DNA of 64,000 bases. Origin: Actinobacteria bacterium UBA7524 (GTDB lineage Bacteria; Actinomycetota; Coriobacteriia; Anaerosomatales; UBA912). Location of the stretch: assembly GCA_002478275.1 (NCBI GenBank), contig DLMY01000036.1:1-64000 (forward strand), written 5' to 3'. The notes beneath the pieces are model-generated. The model searched no databases and had not been told where the DNA came from. It saw only the letters and a program-made list of their open reading frames with translations. Positions within the stretch are counted from its first letter, which is position 1. Every line of letters begins with the position of its first letter. Position numbers and translations under genes: made by a program. Of this stretch, positions 19,719 through 30,750 are shown piece after piece.

Positions 19719-21472
19719 CCCAGCCTTGACAGTTCCTCACGAACCATCGCCACGACCTGCTCGGCCGCCTTCTCTATGGGTGCTTCGTGGCGCTCACCGG
19801 TAGCGCGTATCTTGATCTCGGCGATACCAGCTGTGACGCCCTTCTTGCCGATGACCACCTGGATCGGGTAGCCGATCAGGTCGGCGTCCGCGAATTTGAC
19901 GCCGGGTCTTTCGTCGCGGTCGTCGATCAGCGTCTCTACGCCGGCATCCGCCAATTGTCCGAAGATGCGTTCTGCCACGGGGTAGAGGACGTCATCCCCG
20001 ACAGCAAGCGGAATGACGGCCGCCTGCACCGGGGCGACGCTCATGGGCCAGGCGATGCCATTCTCGTCGTTGTGCTGTTCGATGACGGCGGCGAGCGAGC
20101 GAGTGATGCCGACTCCGTAGCATCCCATGATGAAGGGGCGTTCGCTGCCGTCTTCAGCATTGAAGGTGGCGCTCATGGCCTCTGAGTACTTGGTTCCGAG
20201 CTGGAACACCTGTGAGACCTCGATGCCACGGGCAGAGAGCATCCGTCCGTCACATGCGGGGCAGCCGTCGCCGGCTCGTGCGGTAATGAGGTCGGCCCAT
20301 TCGTCTACGACGAAGTCGCGACCGGGAGCCGCGTCGAACAGGTGATAGTCAGTCTCGTTCGCGCCGGTCACCCAGGCACTGCGGCCGACCAGCGAGCGGT
20401 CGGCTATCACGCGGGTGTTGCCCGGGGCACCCGCGGGGCCGATGAACCCCCGGCTGATTCCGTACGCTTCGAATTGGTCTTCGTCGAGCAACTCCGCTCC
20501 TGGCGCAGCGAGCGCCGCCTTCAACGGATTGAGTTCGCGATCACCTGGGATGCAGAACAGCACCAGTTCGCCATCCTCGGTGCTTGCGGCCATCGACTTC
20601 ACGAAGTCGTGCTCCGGGCGTCGGAACGCGTGCGCGAGTTCGGCGATCGTCTGGATGCCGGGTGTGTGGACCTTGTGCATCTCGGCCGCCGGTTCACCTG
20701 TCTCGTCGGAACCGGTGACAGGATCCGGTGTTCGGACGGCCGCGGCTTCGACGTTGGCGGCCCAACCGCACGCGCAGTAGACGATCTCCGCTTCTCCGTT
20801 GTCGGCAAGGGCCATGAATTCCTTGGTGACCTTGCCCCCTATCTGGCCCGAGTCCGCCTCGACAGCGCGCCATTCCAGTCCCAGCCTGTCGCAGATGCGT
20901 CCGTACGCTTCGGCCTGCTCGTCGTAGTGTCGCCGGAGCGACTCCTGGTCGGCGTGGAAGGAGTATGCGTCCTTCATGATGAACTCACGGCCCCTGAGCA
21001 GTCCGAACCTCGGCCGCATCTCATCGCGGAACTTCATGTTGATCTGGTAGAGAGACAGCGGCAGCTCGCGGTAGGACCTCACCTCGTTGCGGACCAGCGA
21101 GGTTATGATCTCCTCGTGTGTGGGGCCGAGGCAGAACTCGCGGCCCGCCCTGTCGGTCAGGCGCGCGAGCTCAGGTCCGTAGTCCGACCAGCGGCCGGAC
21201 TCGTGCCACAGTTCGGCAGGTTGCACGATAGGTAACAGCAGTTCCTGGCAGCCTATCGCGTCCATCTCCTCGCGCACGATCTGCTCCACCTTGCGCACAC
21301 TGCGGTAACCCAGTGGTAAGAAGGAGTAGATCCCCGCCGCGGTCTTGCGGATCAGACCGGCTCGCAGCATGAGGCGGTGCGATGGTATCTCTGCCTCAGC
21401 CGGGACTTCTTTGAGGGTAGGCGCGTACAGGACACTGGCGTGAAGCGCTACCCGCGTGGAACCGAGTGACAC
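19712..21472 (-). CDS. proS: Proline--tRNA ligase (bacterial type with editing domain)
   Basis: LGPTHEE, KFRDEMRPRFGLLRGREF, MGCYGVG, DDRDERPGVKF. Confidence 0.98.
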   Translation of the reverse strand: MSLGSTRVALHASVLYAPTLKEVPAEAEIPSHRLMLRAGLIRKTAAGIYSFLPLGYRSVRKVEQIVREEMDAIGCQELLLPIVQPAELWHESGRWSDYGPELARLTDRAGREFCLGPTHEEIITSLVRNEVRSYRELPLSLYQINMKFRDEMRPRFGLLRGREFIMKDAYSFHADQESLRRHYDEQAEAYGRICDRLGLEWRAVEADSGQIGGKVTKEFMALADNGEAEIVYCACGWAANVEAAAVRTPDPVTGSDETGEPAAEMHKVHTPGIQTIAELAHAFRRPEHDFVKSMAASTEDGELVLFCIPGDRELNPLKAALAAPGAELLDEDQFEAYGISRGFIGPAGAPGNTRVIADRSLVGRSAWVTGANETDYHLFDAAPGRDFVVDEWADLITARAGDGCPACDGRMLSARGIEVSQVFQLGTKYSEAMSATFNAEDGSERPFIMGCYGVGITRSLAAVIEQHNDENGIAWPMSVAPVQAAVIPLAVGDDVLYPVAERIFGQLADAGVETLIDDRDERPGVKFADADLIGYPIQVVIGKKGVTAGIAEIKIRATGERHEAPIEKAAEQVVAMVREELSRLGC

Positions 21473-21478
21473 CTGCGA

Positions 21479-21868
21479 TCACCCGATCCCGCGGTCGTCG
21501 GGATGTACCGTCGCGACCAGTTCCTGGGAGTCAGCGACCAGGCTCATGATGAGTCTCGCAGTCAGGTCGCTCAAGATGATCGTGGTGCGGTTGTCCTGTG
21601 CGACGAATGCGTCCTTGAGCGAGCGCTTGACCGATGGGTCTCCCGAGAGGTCGAAGATGATGTCGATCTCCTCGCCCCGTGATGCAAGGACGTCGGCGTC
21701 TTCACAGAAGAAGATGTCGTTCTGTTGGGCGAGGATGGCTCCTCTGCTCTGAGGGTCACGGTCAGCGAGTCCTACGATCTCAACGAACGGGCGTGCGAGC
21801 AGGTCCATCATCAGCGGCGTTCCCATGCGGCCTCCGCCTACGATGGCGATGCGTACTCTTTCCCCCAT
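21479..21868 (-). CDS. Stand-alone NAD(P)-binding Rossmann-domain protein (Gfo/Idh/MocA N-terminal-like), 129 aa
   Basis: RIAIVGGGRMG glycine-rich loop, EIVGLAD, IDIIFDLSGD; GAGGAGG RBS. Confidence 0.8.
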   Translation of the reverse strand: MGERVRIAIVGGGRMGTPLMMDLLARPFVEIVGLADRDPQSRGAILAQQNDIFFCEDADVLASRGEEIDIIFDLSGDPSVKRSLKDAFVAQDNRTTIILSDLTARLIMSLVADSQELVATVHPDDRGIG

Positions 21869-21963
21869 GATTCCTCCTCGACTAGCCAGGCAGGACAGTC
21901 CACCAAAGCAGCATAACGCACTTCGGTTTCTCACAGGAGGGTGAGGCAGGGATCGGCCGACGT

Positions 21964-23031
21964 TCAGGTCCGCCCGGATTCCAGGCGTGATATCTCGAGC
22001 ATCAGCTCGTCGACGATCCTGTCTTCAGGGACTTTGCGAAGCGGCTCGCCGTGGGCGAAGATCAGGCCCATCCCGCGTCCAGCGGCCACGCCGATATCAG
22101 CGTCACGTGCCTCACCCGGCCCGTTGACGACACAACCCATCACCGCCACCTTCAGGGTGCTCGGCTGGGAGCGCAAGCGGCGTTCGATCTCCTCGGCGAT
22201 CGGGATGAGGTCTACGCCACAGCGACCGCACGTGGGGCAGCTGACCAGCTCCGCGGTCCGGCGACGAATATCGAGGGCAGCGAGTATCTCCCAGGCGACG
22301 AGCACCTCGTCGACAGGGTCCGCGGTAAGCGATACACGAAGCGTGTCCCCGATTCCTTCGGCGAGCAGGATTCCGAGCCCGACGGCGGACTTCACAGTCC
22401 CGGCCGTCGAAGTGCCGGCCTCGGTGACGCCGATATGGAGGGGGTACGGGACCTTGTGGGCCAGGGCACGGTACGCGTCGACGGTGCTGACGACGCTGGA
22501 TGCCTTCGCCGAGAGCACGATGTCTTCGAAGCCGCGAGACTGGAAGTGTTCTGCGAAGCTGACGGCGCTGGCTACCAGCTTGTCTGGAAGGGACCAGTCC
22601 TTGTCCTGGTACTCCTCGGCGAGTGAACCGGCGTTGACTCCGATGCGGATCGGCACTCCCGCAGCTCCTGCCGCATCGATGATCTCGTCGACGTGGCTCA
22701 TGGAACCGATGTTCCCGGGATTGATGCGGATCTTGGCGGCACCGAGCCGGATCGCTTCGATGGCAAGACGGTGGTCGAAGTGGACGTCGGCGACGACGGG
22801 CAGTGGCGAGTCCTCACACGCCCGTGCGAATCCTTTCAACGCCGAAGCGCTTGGGACGGCGACGCGGACGATCTCACAGCCGGCTTCGGCAAGGCGCCCG
22901 ATCTGAGCGAGCGTCGAGACGTGATCAGCCGTGTCGGTGTTCGTCATGGATTGCACGGCCACGGGCGAGTTGCCACCGACGATCACCGGGCCGACGGCGA
23001 CCGGGCGCGATTCGCGGCGGTCCATGTGCAC
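21964..23031 (-). CDS. ispG: 4-hydroxy-3-methylbut-2-enyl diphosphate synthase
   Basis: VQSMTNT, ADVHFD, RINPGN, HIGVTEAG, CPTCGR, MGCVVNGPGE. Confidence 0.98.
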   Translation of the reverse strand: MHMDRRESRPVAVGPVIVGGNSPVAVQSMTNTDTADHVSTLAQIGRLAEAGCEIVRVAVPSASALKGFARACEDSPLPVVADVHFDHRLAIEAIRLGAAKIRINPGNIGSMSHVDEIIDAAGAAGVPIRIGVNAGSLAEEYQDKDWSLPDKLVASAVSFAEHFQSRGFEDIVLSAKASSVVSTVDAYRALAHKVPYPLHIGVTEAGTSTAGTVKSAVGLGILLAEGIGDTLRVSLTADPVDEVLVAWEILAALDIRRRTAELVSCPTCGRCGVDLIPIAEEIERRLRSQPSTLKVAVMGCVVNGPGEARDADIGVAAGRGMGLIFAHGEPLRKVPEDRIVDELMLEISRLESGRT

Positions 23032-23050
23032 TCCCCTCCCTCGGCGTGTG

Positions 23051-24319
23051 CTACGGGGTGACGAAGTATCGCATGACGTCAGCGTACATCACGTAGCCGA
23101 TGAAGCTGAACAGCAACACGGCCCCCGCCACGCTCATACCGATGGCGATTCGTCTCTCGACCGGGCGTCCTGCGATGCCCTGCACGATCTCGATGAGCAC
23201 CTTTCCGCCGTCCAGCGGCGGTATCGGCAGGATGTTCATGACACCCAGGGACAGGGAGAGCAGCGCGACTATCCACGCGTAGCTCAAGGGGCCGGCCTCC
23301 GCTGCCCGTGTCACCTCGACACTGATGCCGACTATGCTGCGTGCGCCTTCCATCGAGCTCTCGAACGTCGACGGGTCGAAGAACCTCATGATGGCGACGA
23401 AGACGAGACCGACCCAGCTCACGCTCTCGCGCAAGGATTCGAGGACAGTCAGGTCGACGGGGATGCTCTCCGGTCCGACACCCAGGAACGTGCGACCGTC
23501 GTCTGAGCGGCCCAGGGCGACACGAGCGTCCATCTCGCTGCCGTCTCGCAAGTATCCGATCGTGACTTCTTCGCCGGCATCAAGTGAAGCGATGGCAGCA
23601 CTGAAGGTCATCCAGTCCACGGCAGGTTCGCCCTGCAGGGAGGTCAGGACGTCTCCTTCGCGCAAGCCGGCTGCCTGCGCGGCTGAATCGGGGACGATGT
23701 GAGCGATGGTCAGGGTCGGTTCGTAGTAGCCCCAGATACTGAGCACGAATGTGAATACGGCGATCGCGGCGAGAAGGTTCACCAGGACTCCGGCCGAGAG
23801 AACGAGGATGCGCTTCGGAATCGACAGACCGCGATATGTGACGCTGCGCGCCCGGTCGAGCAGGTGTGCCGGCTCCTCCCCCTCGCTCTCGATGGCAGAC
23901 AGGTACGACACGTCATCGTCTTGCGAGGGGGCGAGCGCCCCCCAGTCGGCGAGCGTGGCGAGCATGGTCGCGGCATCGGATTCCTCGACGCCCAGGGCGC
24001 TGGACACCGATGAGGAGTCGGCTCTGCCCTCTCGAACGACCAGGCCGAGCACATCTGCCAGACGCGGGTCCTCGCTTCCGGGTTCCATTCCGGCGATGCG
24101 GACGTAGCCCCCGAGCGGGATGGCTGTTATCCCGAACACCGTACCGCTCTTGGTGGCGAGACGGACGGCGGGACCGGGTAGGCCGATCATGAACTCGTGG
24201 ACCTTCACGCCGAACGCTCGCGCGACGGCGAAGTGGCCGCCTTCGTGCAAGACGATGAGTATCGAGAACGTGATAACGCCCCAAAACACGGTGTTCGCTG
24301 CGTCCATGAGCATTGCCAT
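23051..24319 (-). CDS. rseP: RseP/RasP site-2 intramembrane zinc protease with PDZ domain and ~75-aa insertion
   Basis: HEGGH, PLGGYV, PDZ domain, NILPIPPLDGG; start could be 24313 or 24307. Confidence 0.93.
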   Translation of the reverse strand: MAMLMDAANTVFWGVITFSILIVLHEGGHFAVARAFGVKVHEFMIGLPGPAVRLATKSGTVFGITAIPLGGYVRIAGMEPGSEDPRLADVLGLVVREGRADSSSVSSALGVEESDAATMLATLADWGALAPSQDDDVSYLSAIESEGEEPAHLLDRARSVTYRGLSIPKRILVLSAGVLVNLLAAIAVFTFVLSIWGYYEPTLTIAHIVPDSAAQAAGLREGDVLTSLQGEPAVDWMTFSAAIASLDAGEEVTIGYLRDGSEMDARVALGRSDDGRTFLGVGPESIPVDLTVLESLRESVSWVGLVFVAIMRFFDPSTFESSMEGARSIVGISVEVTRAAEAGPLSYAWIVALLSLSLGVMNILPIPPLDGGKVLIEIVQGIAGRPVERRIAIGMSVAGAVLLFSFIGYVMYADVMRYFVTP

Positions 24320-24447
24320 CGTTAGCGGAGCTTCCTTTCGTAGACGTTCATGCTCTCATGTGTATGCTGCCGGTGCAGCTACGTGCTGTCTGCAAACCGC
24401 GAGCCATGGGTGCGTTGAGCGACGGCGGGGCCCGGCTGCGGTGCCGT

Positions 24448-25629
24448 TCATCTCAGCGCAGTCAGGAACTCCTCGGCGATCGTACGCGCACGCTCGTCGA
24501 CGTGTTCGAGGTGCTCCAGGCTGGACAGGTACTCGACGGGAAGCGCTTCAAGGGCGTGCTCCACGGTCCTCTCGATGTCGAGGAAAGCACACCGGCCGCC
24601 GAGGAAGGCCGCGACTGCGACCTCGTTGGAGGCGTTGAGTACGCACGGCGCGCTGCCTCCTTCTCTCCCGGCTTCGAATGCGAGGCGCAGGCAACCGAAG
24701 GTCTCAAGGTCCGCAGGTCCGAAGTCCAGCGAACCGAGAGCGGTGAAGTCGACCGGATCGAGAGGCGCATCCCAGCGGTCCGGGTACGAGAAGGCGTACT
24801 GGATCGGGATCCGCATGTCCGTCGCGCCGAGGTGCGCTTTGACCGAGCCGTCGGTGAACTCGACCATCGAGTGGACACAGGACTGCGGGTGCACGACAAC
24901 GCGGATATCGTCGTAGGCGACCGAGAACAGATGGTGCGCCTCGATGACCTCGAGACCCTTGTTCATGAGAGTCGCCGAATCGATCGTGATCTTCGGCCCC
25001 ATCTTCCATGTGGGGTGCGCCAGGGCCCGCTCGGCACGCACGTCACGAAGCTCGTCACGCGTCTTGCCGAGGAAAGGCCCTCCGGAAGCTGTGAGCCACA
25101 GTCTGGCTACCCGGTGAGGGTCCTCGCCCTCAAGACACTGGAAGATCGCCGAGTGCTCGGAGTCCACCGGGCGCAGCGCTCCGGGAGCTGCGGCCCTGGT
25201 AACGAGGTCGCCGCCGACGACAAGCGATTCCTTGTTCGCGAGGGCAAGGACCTTGCCGGCCTCCAGCGTGGCAAGGGTGGCTCGCAGGCCCGCCGAACCG
25301 ACGAGGGCGTTGAGCACGATGTCCGCTTCCGGGTGGCGCGCAAGGTCCACGACGGCTTCGTCACCGCTCTCTACGCCGCTGCGCGTTCCTGCCCGGGCCA
25401 ACCTGTCCTGGAGCCGGCTCGCTGATGCGGAGTCGGCCATTGCGAGGTCGACCACACGGTGCTCGATGGCCTGGTCTGCCAACGTGGCGTCGTCACGGTT
25501 GGCTGCGAGAGCGATGATGCGAACTCGTTCCGGATAGCGTGTTGCCACATCGAGCGCCTGGCGACCGATGGAACCGGTCGAACCGAGGACGACCAACCCG
25601 AGTGGGCGATTCGCGGACTCGGCCATCAT
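24448..25629 (-). CDS. dxr: 1-deoxy-D-xylulose 5-phosphate reductoisomerase
   Basis: LGSTGSIG, LANKESLV, PVDSEHSAIFQ, HPTWKMGPKITIDSATLMNKGLE; the ORF track overextends the 5' end, true ATG overlaps the cdsA stop. Confidence 0.97.
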   Translation of the reverse strand: MMAESANRPLGLVVLGSTGSIGRQALDVATRYPERVRIIALAANRDDATLADQAIEHRVVDLAMADSASASRLQDRLARAGTRSGVESGDEAVVDLARHPEADIVLNALVGSAGLRATLATLEAGKVLALANKESLVVGGDLVTRAAAPGALRPVDSEHSAIFQCLEGEDPHRVARLWLTASGGPFLGKTRDELRDVRAERALAHPTWKMGPKITIDSATLMNKGLEVIEAHHLFSVAYDDIRVVVHPQSCVHSMVEFTDGSVKAHLGATDMRIPIQYAFSYPDRWDAPLDPVDFTALGSLDFGPADLETFGCLRLAFEAGREGGSAPCVLNASNEVAVAAFLGGRCAFLDIERTVEHALEALPVEYLSSLEHLEHVDERARTIAEEFLTALR

Positions 25630-26456
25630 GAGACACCTGCGAGAAGCAGCAGGTAGTAGGCGACGGGCGAGACGAGGATGAGGCTGTCGAACCGGTCGAG
25701 CACGCCGCCGTGTCCGGGCAAGAGCGTACCGGAGTCCTTGACGCCCGCTTCGCGCTTGAGACGGGATTCGGCGAGGTCTCCGAGGACTGCGGCAAGCGAC
25801 ACACCGAGTCCGATGACGAACAACCAGAGTGCAGGGATGCTGACATCCGGAATGAGCATCAGCGAGACCCAGACTGCGGTCGTGAACACTGTACCTGCGG
25901 CAAAACCCTCCCACGATTTCTTGGGAGATATGCGAGGAGCCATCTTGTGCATGCCGACGGTGGAGCCAACGAGATAGGCGAATACGTCGTTCGCCCACAC
26001 ACTGATGATAGTGGCTAGTGCAAAGACTCCCGATGCGTCCAACTGGCGGATCATCACGAAATGTGAAAGAAGGAAGCCGACGTAGGTCGCACCGAACATG
26101 GTGACTGCCGTGTCTGCGGTGCGGATGCCGCCGAGTGCGACATGACGTATGAGGAACAGAACGGTCATCGCCGCGAGTACCCCGAGGAGTCCGGGGTGAC
26201 CCCACTGGGCGGTTGCCAGCGCCATAGCACCGGCAGACAGCACGCCGATCGCTTCGGTCGGATGTGGATGATCTCGCCTGGTGAATGAGTAGAGCTCGCT
26301 GACGGCCAGCATCGAGATCAGCGCGATCAGCACGGCCAGACCCCATCGGCCGCCGAAAAGTACAGCCGCCAGCACGAGCACGCCGATGATGGCAGCAGTC
26401 CCGGTTCTGATGGCGAATGTGATCAGGCCTCCAGGCTCCTGGTCCTTGCGCATCAT
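25626..26456 (-). CDS. cdsA: Phosphatidate cytidylyltransferase
   Basis: Multiple TM helices, ISPKKSWEG, KDSGTLLPGHGGVLDRFDS. Confidence 0.97.
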   Translation of the reverse strand: MMRKDQEPGGLITFAIRTGTAAIIGVLVLAAVLFGGRWGLAVLIALISMLAVSELYSFTRRDHPHPTEAIGVLSAGAMALATAQWGHPGLLGVLAAMTVLFLIRHVALGGIRTADTAVTMFGATYVGFLLSHFVMIRQLDASGVFALATIISVWANDVFAYLVGSTVGMHKMAPRISPKKSWEGFAAGTVFTTAVWVSLMLIPDVSIPALWLFVIGLGVSLAAVLGDLAESRLKREAGVKDSGTLLPGHGGVLDRFDSLILVSPVAYYLLLLAGVS

Positions 26457-27229
26457 GCACCCCCGAAGCGCCTCGTGCGCTGCTGGTAATCGACGACGGC
26501 GCGCAGCAGTTCGTGGCGGTCGAAGTCAGGCCACAGGGTCTCGGTGATCCAGAACTCCGAGTATGCGATCTGCCAGAGAAGGAAGTTCGATACGCGCAAC
26601 TCCCCGCTCGTTCGGACCACGAGGTCGGGGTCGGGTACTCCGGCAGTGTAGAGATGTGCTGCGAAGAGATCCTCATCGATATCGGACGGCAAGATCGTCC
26701 CCTGTGCGGTCTGAGCGCTCAGAGAGCGGACAGCGTCCAGAATCTCCTGGCGGCCACCGTAGTTCAGCGCGACCACCAACGTCATCGTGCTGTTGGTGGC
26801 GGTCACCTGTTCGGTTCTCGCGAAAGCTGAGCGTGTGGCTTCGGGGAGGCCGTCCCGTCTGCCGGCAACGACCACGCGGACGTCACGCTGCTGAAGGTTG
26901 TCCAACTCGCGCTCCAGAACCTCGACGAAGAGATCCATCAGACCAGAGACCTCCTCGGCGGGTCTCCTCCAGTTCTCCGAGGAGAACGAGTAGATGGTCA
27001 GGACCTGGAGGCCGATCTCGAGTGCAGCTGCGATCGCCTCACGAACCGCCTTGGCTCCTGCACGGTGACCCGCGATGCGAGGCAGTCCGCGGGCTGCGGC
27101 CCACCGGCCGTTGCCATCCATGATGATGGCCACGTGGGCAGGCACCGCTGAGCGGTCGAGCACGTCGAGCAGTTCGAGACCGGGACCTTGGGCGAAGAAC
27201 TCGCGTTGAGAGTCGAGCGAAGGAGGCAA
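26453..27229 (-). CDS. uppS: Undecaprenyl/polyprenyl diphosphate synthase
   Basis: HVAIIMDGNGRWA, FSSENWRR, NYGGR, RTSGELRVSNFLLWQ. Confidence 0.98.
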   Translation of the reverse strand: MPPSLDSQREFFAQGPGLELLDVLDRSAVPAHVAIIMDGNGRWAAARGLPRIAGHRAGAKAVREAIAAALEIGLQVLTIYSFSSENWRRPAEEVSGLMDLFVEVLERELDNLQQRDVRVVVAGRRDGLPEATRSAFARTEQVTATNSTMTLVVALNYGGRQEILDAVRSLSAQTAQGTILPSDIDEDLFAAHLYTAGVPDPDLVVRTSGELRVSNFLLWQIAYSEFWITETLWPDFDRHELLRAVVDYQQRTRRFGGA

Positions 27230-27232
27230 ACG

Positions 27233-28623
<1,391 letters not shown>

Positions 28624-29520
28624 TCAGGCTTCAGACGCAGCGGTCTCGCCGAGTACGAAGCGCTCGAATCGCGAAACCGAGATGCTCGCTCCCAGCTCTT
28701 TGGCGACGGAATCCACGTACTTCTGCACAGTGGTGTCTGGGTCCTTGACGTATACCTGCTCGAGAAGCGCGAACTCCTTGAAGAACTTCTCGAGCCGGCC
28801 CTGCGCCATCTTCATCTGGATCTCCTCAGGCTTCCCTGACTCGGCAGCCTGTGCTTTGTAGATCTCGAGCTCGTGCTCGATGACGCCCTTGTCGATGGCG
28901 TCCCGGTCAACCGCCTGCGGTGACGCCGCGGCGATCTGCATGGCCAGGTCTTTCCCGAGTTGCGCAAAGGCTTCTGCGGAACTGGCCTGTGCCGAATCGC
29001 ACGTGAGTTCCACCATGACGCCGATGTTGCCGACACCATGGATGTACACGGTGACGATTCCGTGATCTGAGGAGAGCTCATAGCGCGCGAAACGGGCTAC
29101 GCCCATGTTCTCACCGATCTTGGCGACGGTCTCCCCGAGAACGGCCTCGAAATTCTCCGGCCGGTCGGCGAACGGTTGACTCATGAGCGCGGCCACATCG
29201 GCGGGAGCGGCGATGGCCACGTGCTGTGCGACACCGTTGACGAACGCCTTGAAGTCCGCGTTACGCGCAACGAAATCTGTCTCGCAGTTGACCTCGACGA
29301 GGGACCCGACAGAGCGGTCCTCGCTGACGTAACCGCCGATCACGCCCTCGTTGGTGGCACGGCCGGCCTTCTTGGCAAGCGCAGCCAGTCCACGCGTTCG
29401 GAGTATGTCGATGGCCTGCTCCATGTCGCCACCCGACTCGGTGAGCGCCTTCTTGCAGTCCATCATCCCTGCGCCGGTGCACTCACGCAGGTCCTTGACC
29501 ATCTTCGCTGTGACTTCCAT
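28624..29520 (-). CDS. tsf: Elongation factor Ts
   Basis: LRECTGAGMMDCKKAL, EVNCETDFVA. Confidence 0.99.
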   Translation of the reverse strand: MEVTAKMVKDLRECTGAGMMDCKKALTESGGDMEQAIDILRTRGLAALAKKAGRATNEGVIGGYVSEDRSVGSLVEVNCETDFVARNADFKAFVNGVAQHVAIAAPADVAALMSQPFADRPENFEAVLGETVAKIGENMGVARFARYELSSDHGIVTVYIHGVGNIGVMVELTCDSAQASSAEAFAQLGKDLAMQIAAASPQAVDRDAIDKGVIEHELEIYKAQAAESGKPEEIQMKMAQGRLEKFFKEFALLEQVYVKDPDTTVQKYVDSVAKELGASISVSRFERFVLGETAASEA

Positions 29521-29607
29521 CGTCACGATCCTCCTGTGGGTCGTTACCAGGGCCGCACTGCGGCCGTGGGGGCGTAAGCCGGACAACCTCTTCGCATCGG
29601 TCGTCTT

Positions 29608-30579
29608 CTACTGTGCGGCGGGTTCCTCGGCAGGCTCTTCCGCGGCCGTCTTGGTCTTCGACGCGGCAGCCCGCTTCTTGGCCGGGGCCTTGGCGGGTGC
29701 CGCTTCTACGGCCTCCGGTTCGGCGTCGGCCTCAGCGGAAGCCTCGGCTGCAGGAGTCTCGACCGAGGTGTCGGCATCCTCAGCGGGCGCTTCCTCAGCA
29801 GGCGCTTCGTCGGCCAGCTCAGCATCGGGTGCCTCCGGTGTCGGGACCACGACGGGCTGAGTGCGCTCCTCGGCCTCGGCGACGTGCGGACCCTCGAGTG
29901 CCGCACGGCCGTCGATGACTCCGTCAGCGATCACCCGGCACATGAGTCCGACAGAACGGATGGCATCGTCGTTGCCGGGAATGACGAAGTCGACCTCGTC
30001 GGGATCGGCGTTCGTGTCCACAAGCCCGATGATCGGGATGCGCAGTCGGCGTGCTTCAGCGACCGCGATGGCTTCGCGCTTGGTGTCGACCACGAACAGC
30101 GCGCCGGGAAGCTCCTTCATCTCCCGCACACCCGAGAGGTTACGGTTGAGCTTGTCCCATTCCTTCCTGAGCAGAAGCTGTTCCTTCTTCGGAAGGCTGG
30201 CCATGCGCCCGTCGACCTCCATGGTCTCAAGTTCGACGAGGCGGGCGACGCGGGTACGCATGGTTGCGAAGTTGGTGAGCATTCCACCAAGCCAGCGCTG
30301 GTTGACGAAGGGCTGACCGGCCCGCTCAGCCTGCGACTGGATAGGTTCTTGCGCCTGCTTCTTGGTGCCCACGAACAGTACCTGGCCACCACGGGCGGCG
30401 AGATCGCGAACGAACAGGTGTGCGGCCTCGATCTCGCGCAGAGTGCGCTGCAGGTCGAGGATGTAGATGCCGTTGCGTTCCGTGAAGATGTAGGGGCGCA
30501 TCTTCGGATTCCAGCGGCGGGTCTGGTGCCCGAAATGGACACCGGCCTCGAGAAGGCTCTTCATCGAGACTACAGACAT
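29608..30579 (-). CDS. rpsB: 30S ribosomal protein S2 with long acidic Ala/Glu/Pro tail
   Basis: [37 protein letters not shown]. Confidence 0.99.
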   Translation of the reverse strand: MSVVSMKSLLEAGVHFGHQTRRWNPKMRPYIFTERNGIYILDLQRTLREIEAAHLFVRDLAARGGQVLFVGTKKQAQEPIQSQAERAGQPFVNQRWLGGMLTNFATMRTRVARLVELETMEVDGRMASLPKKEQLLLRKEWDKLNRNLSGVREMKELPGALFVVDTKREAIAVAEARRLRIPIIGLVDTNADPDEVDFVIPGNDDAIRSVGLMCRVIADGVIDGRAALEGPHVAEAEERTQPVVVPTPEAPDAELADEAPAEEAPAEDADTSVETPAAEASAEADAEPEAVEAAPAKAPAKKRAAASKTKTAAEEPAEEPAAQ

Positions 30580-30711
30580 AGTGCTACCTCCTGGTCGGTT
30601 GGCTCTCCTCCGCCTGAGTCATCTCCCGGTGCGACCTCGTGTCGCGCACGAGGCACCACGCACTACGGGATCGTCAGGCGTGTGTGATATGAACCCGCGT
30701 AGTGTAGCACA
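30580..30711 (-). promoter_or_regulatory. rpsB promoter (TGTGcTACACT) and structured S2-leader (t44-like) 5' UTR
   Basis: CACACAC at the 5' end, cgcctga/tcaggcg closing stem, inner cctcgtg/cacgagg hairpin, GGAGG before the RBS. Confidence 0.7.
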
Positions 30712-30750
30712 GCGAGGGTTCTGTGGGACAGGGGGGAATTCGGAAGGAGC

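Noticed and set aside
24448..26676. 742-aa ORF suggesting a Dxr fusion
   Set aside because: The N-terminal 350 aa is an alternative frame over cdsA and uppS; the real start is at 25629.
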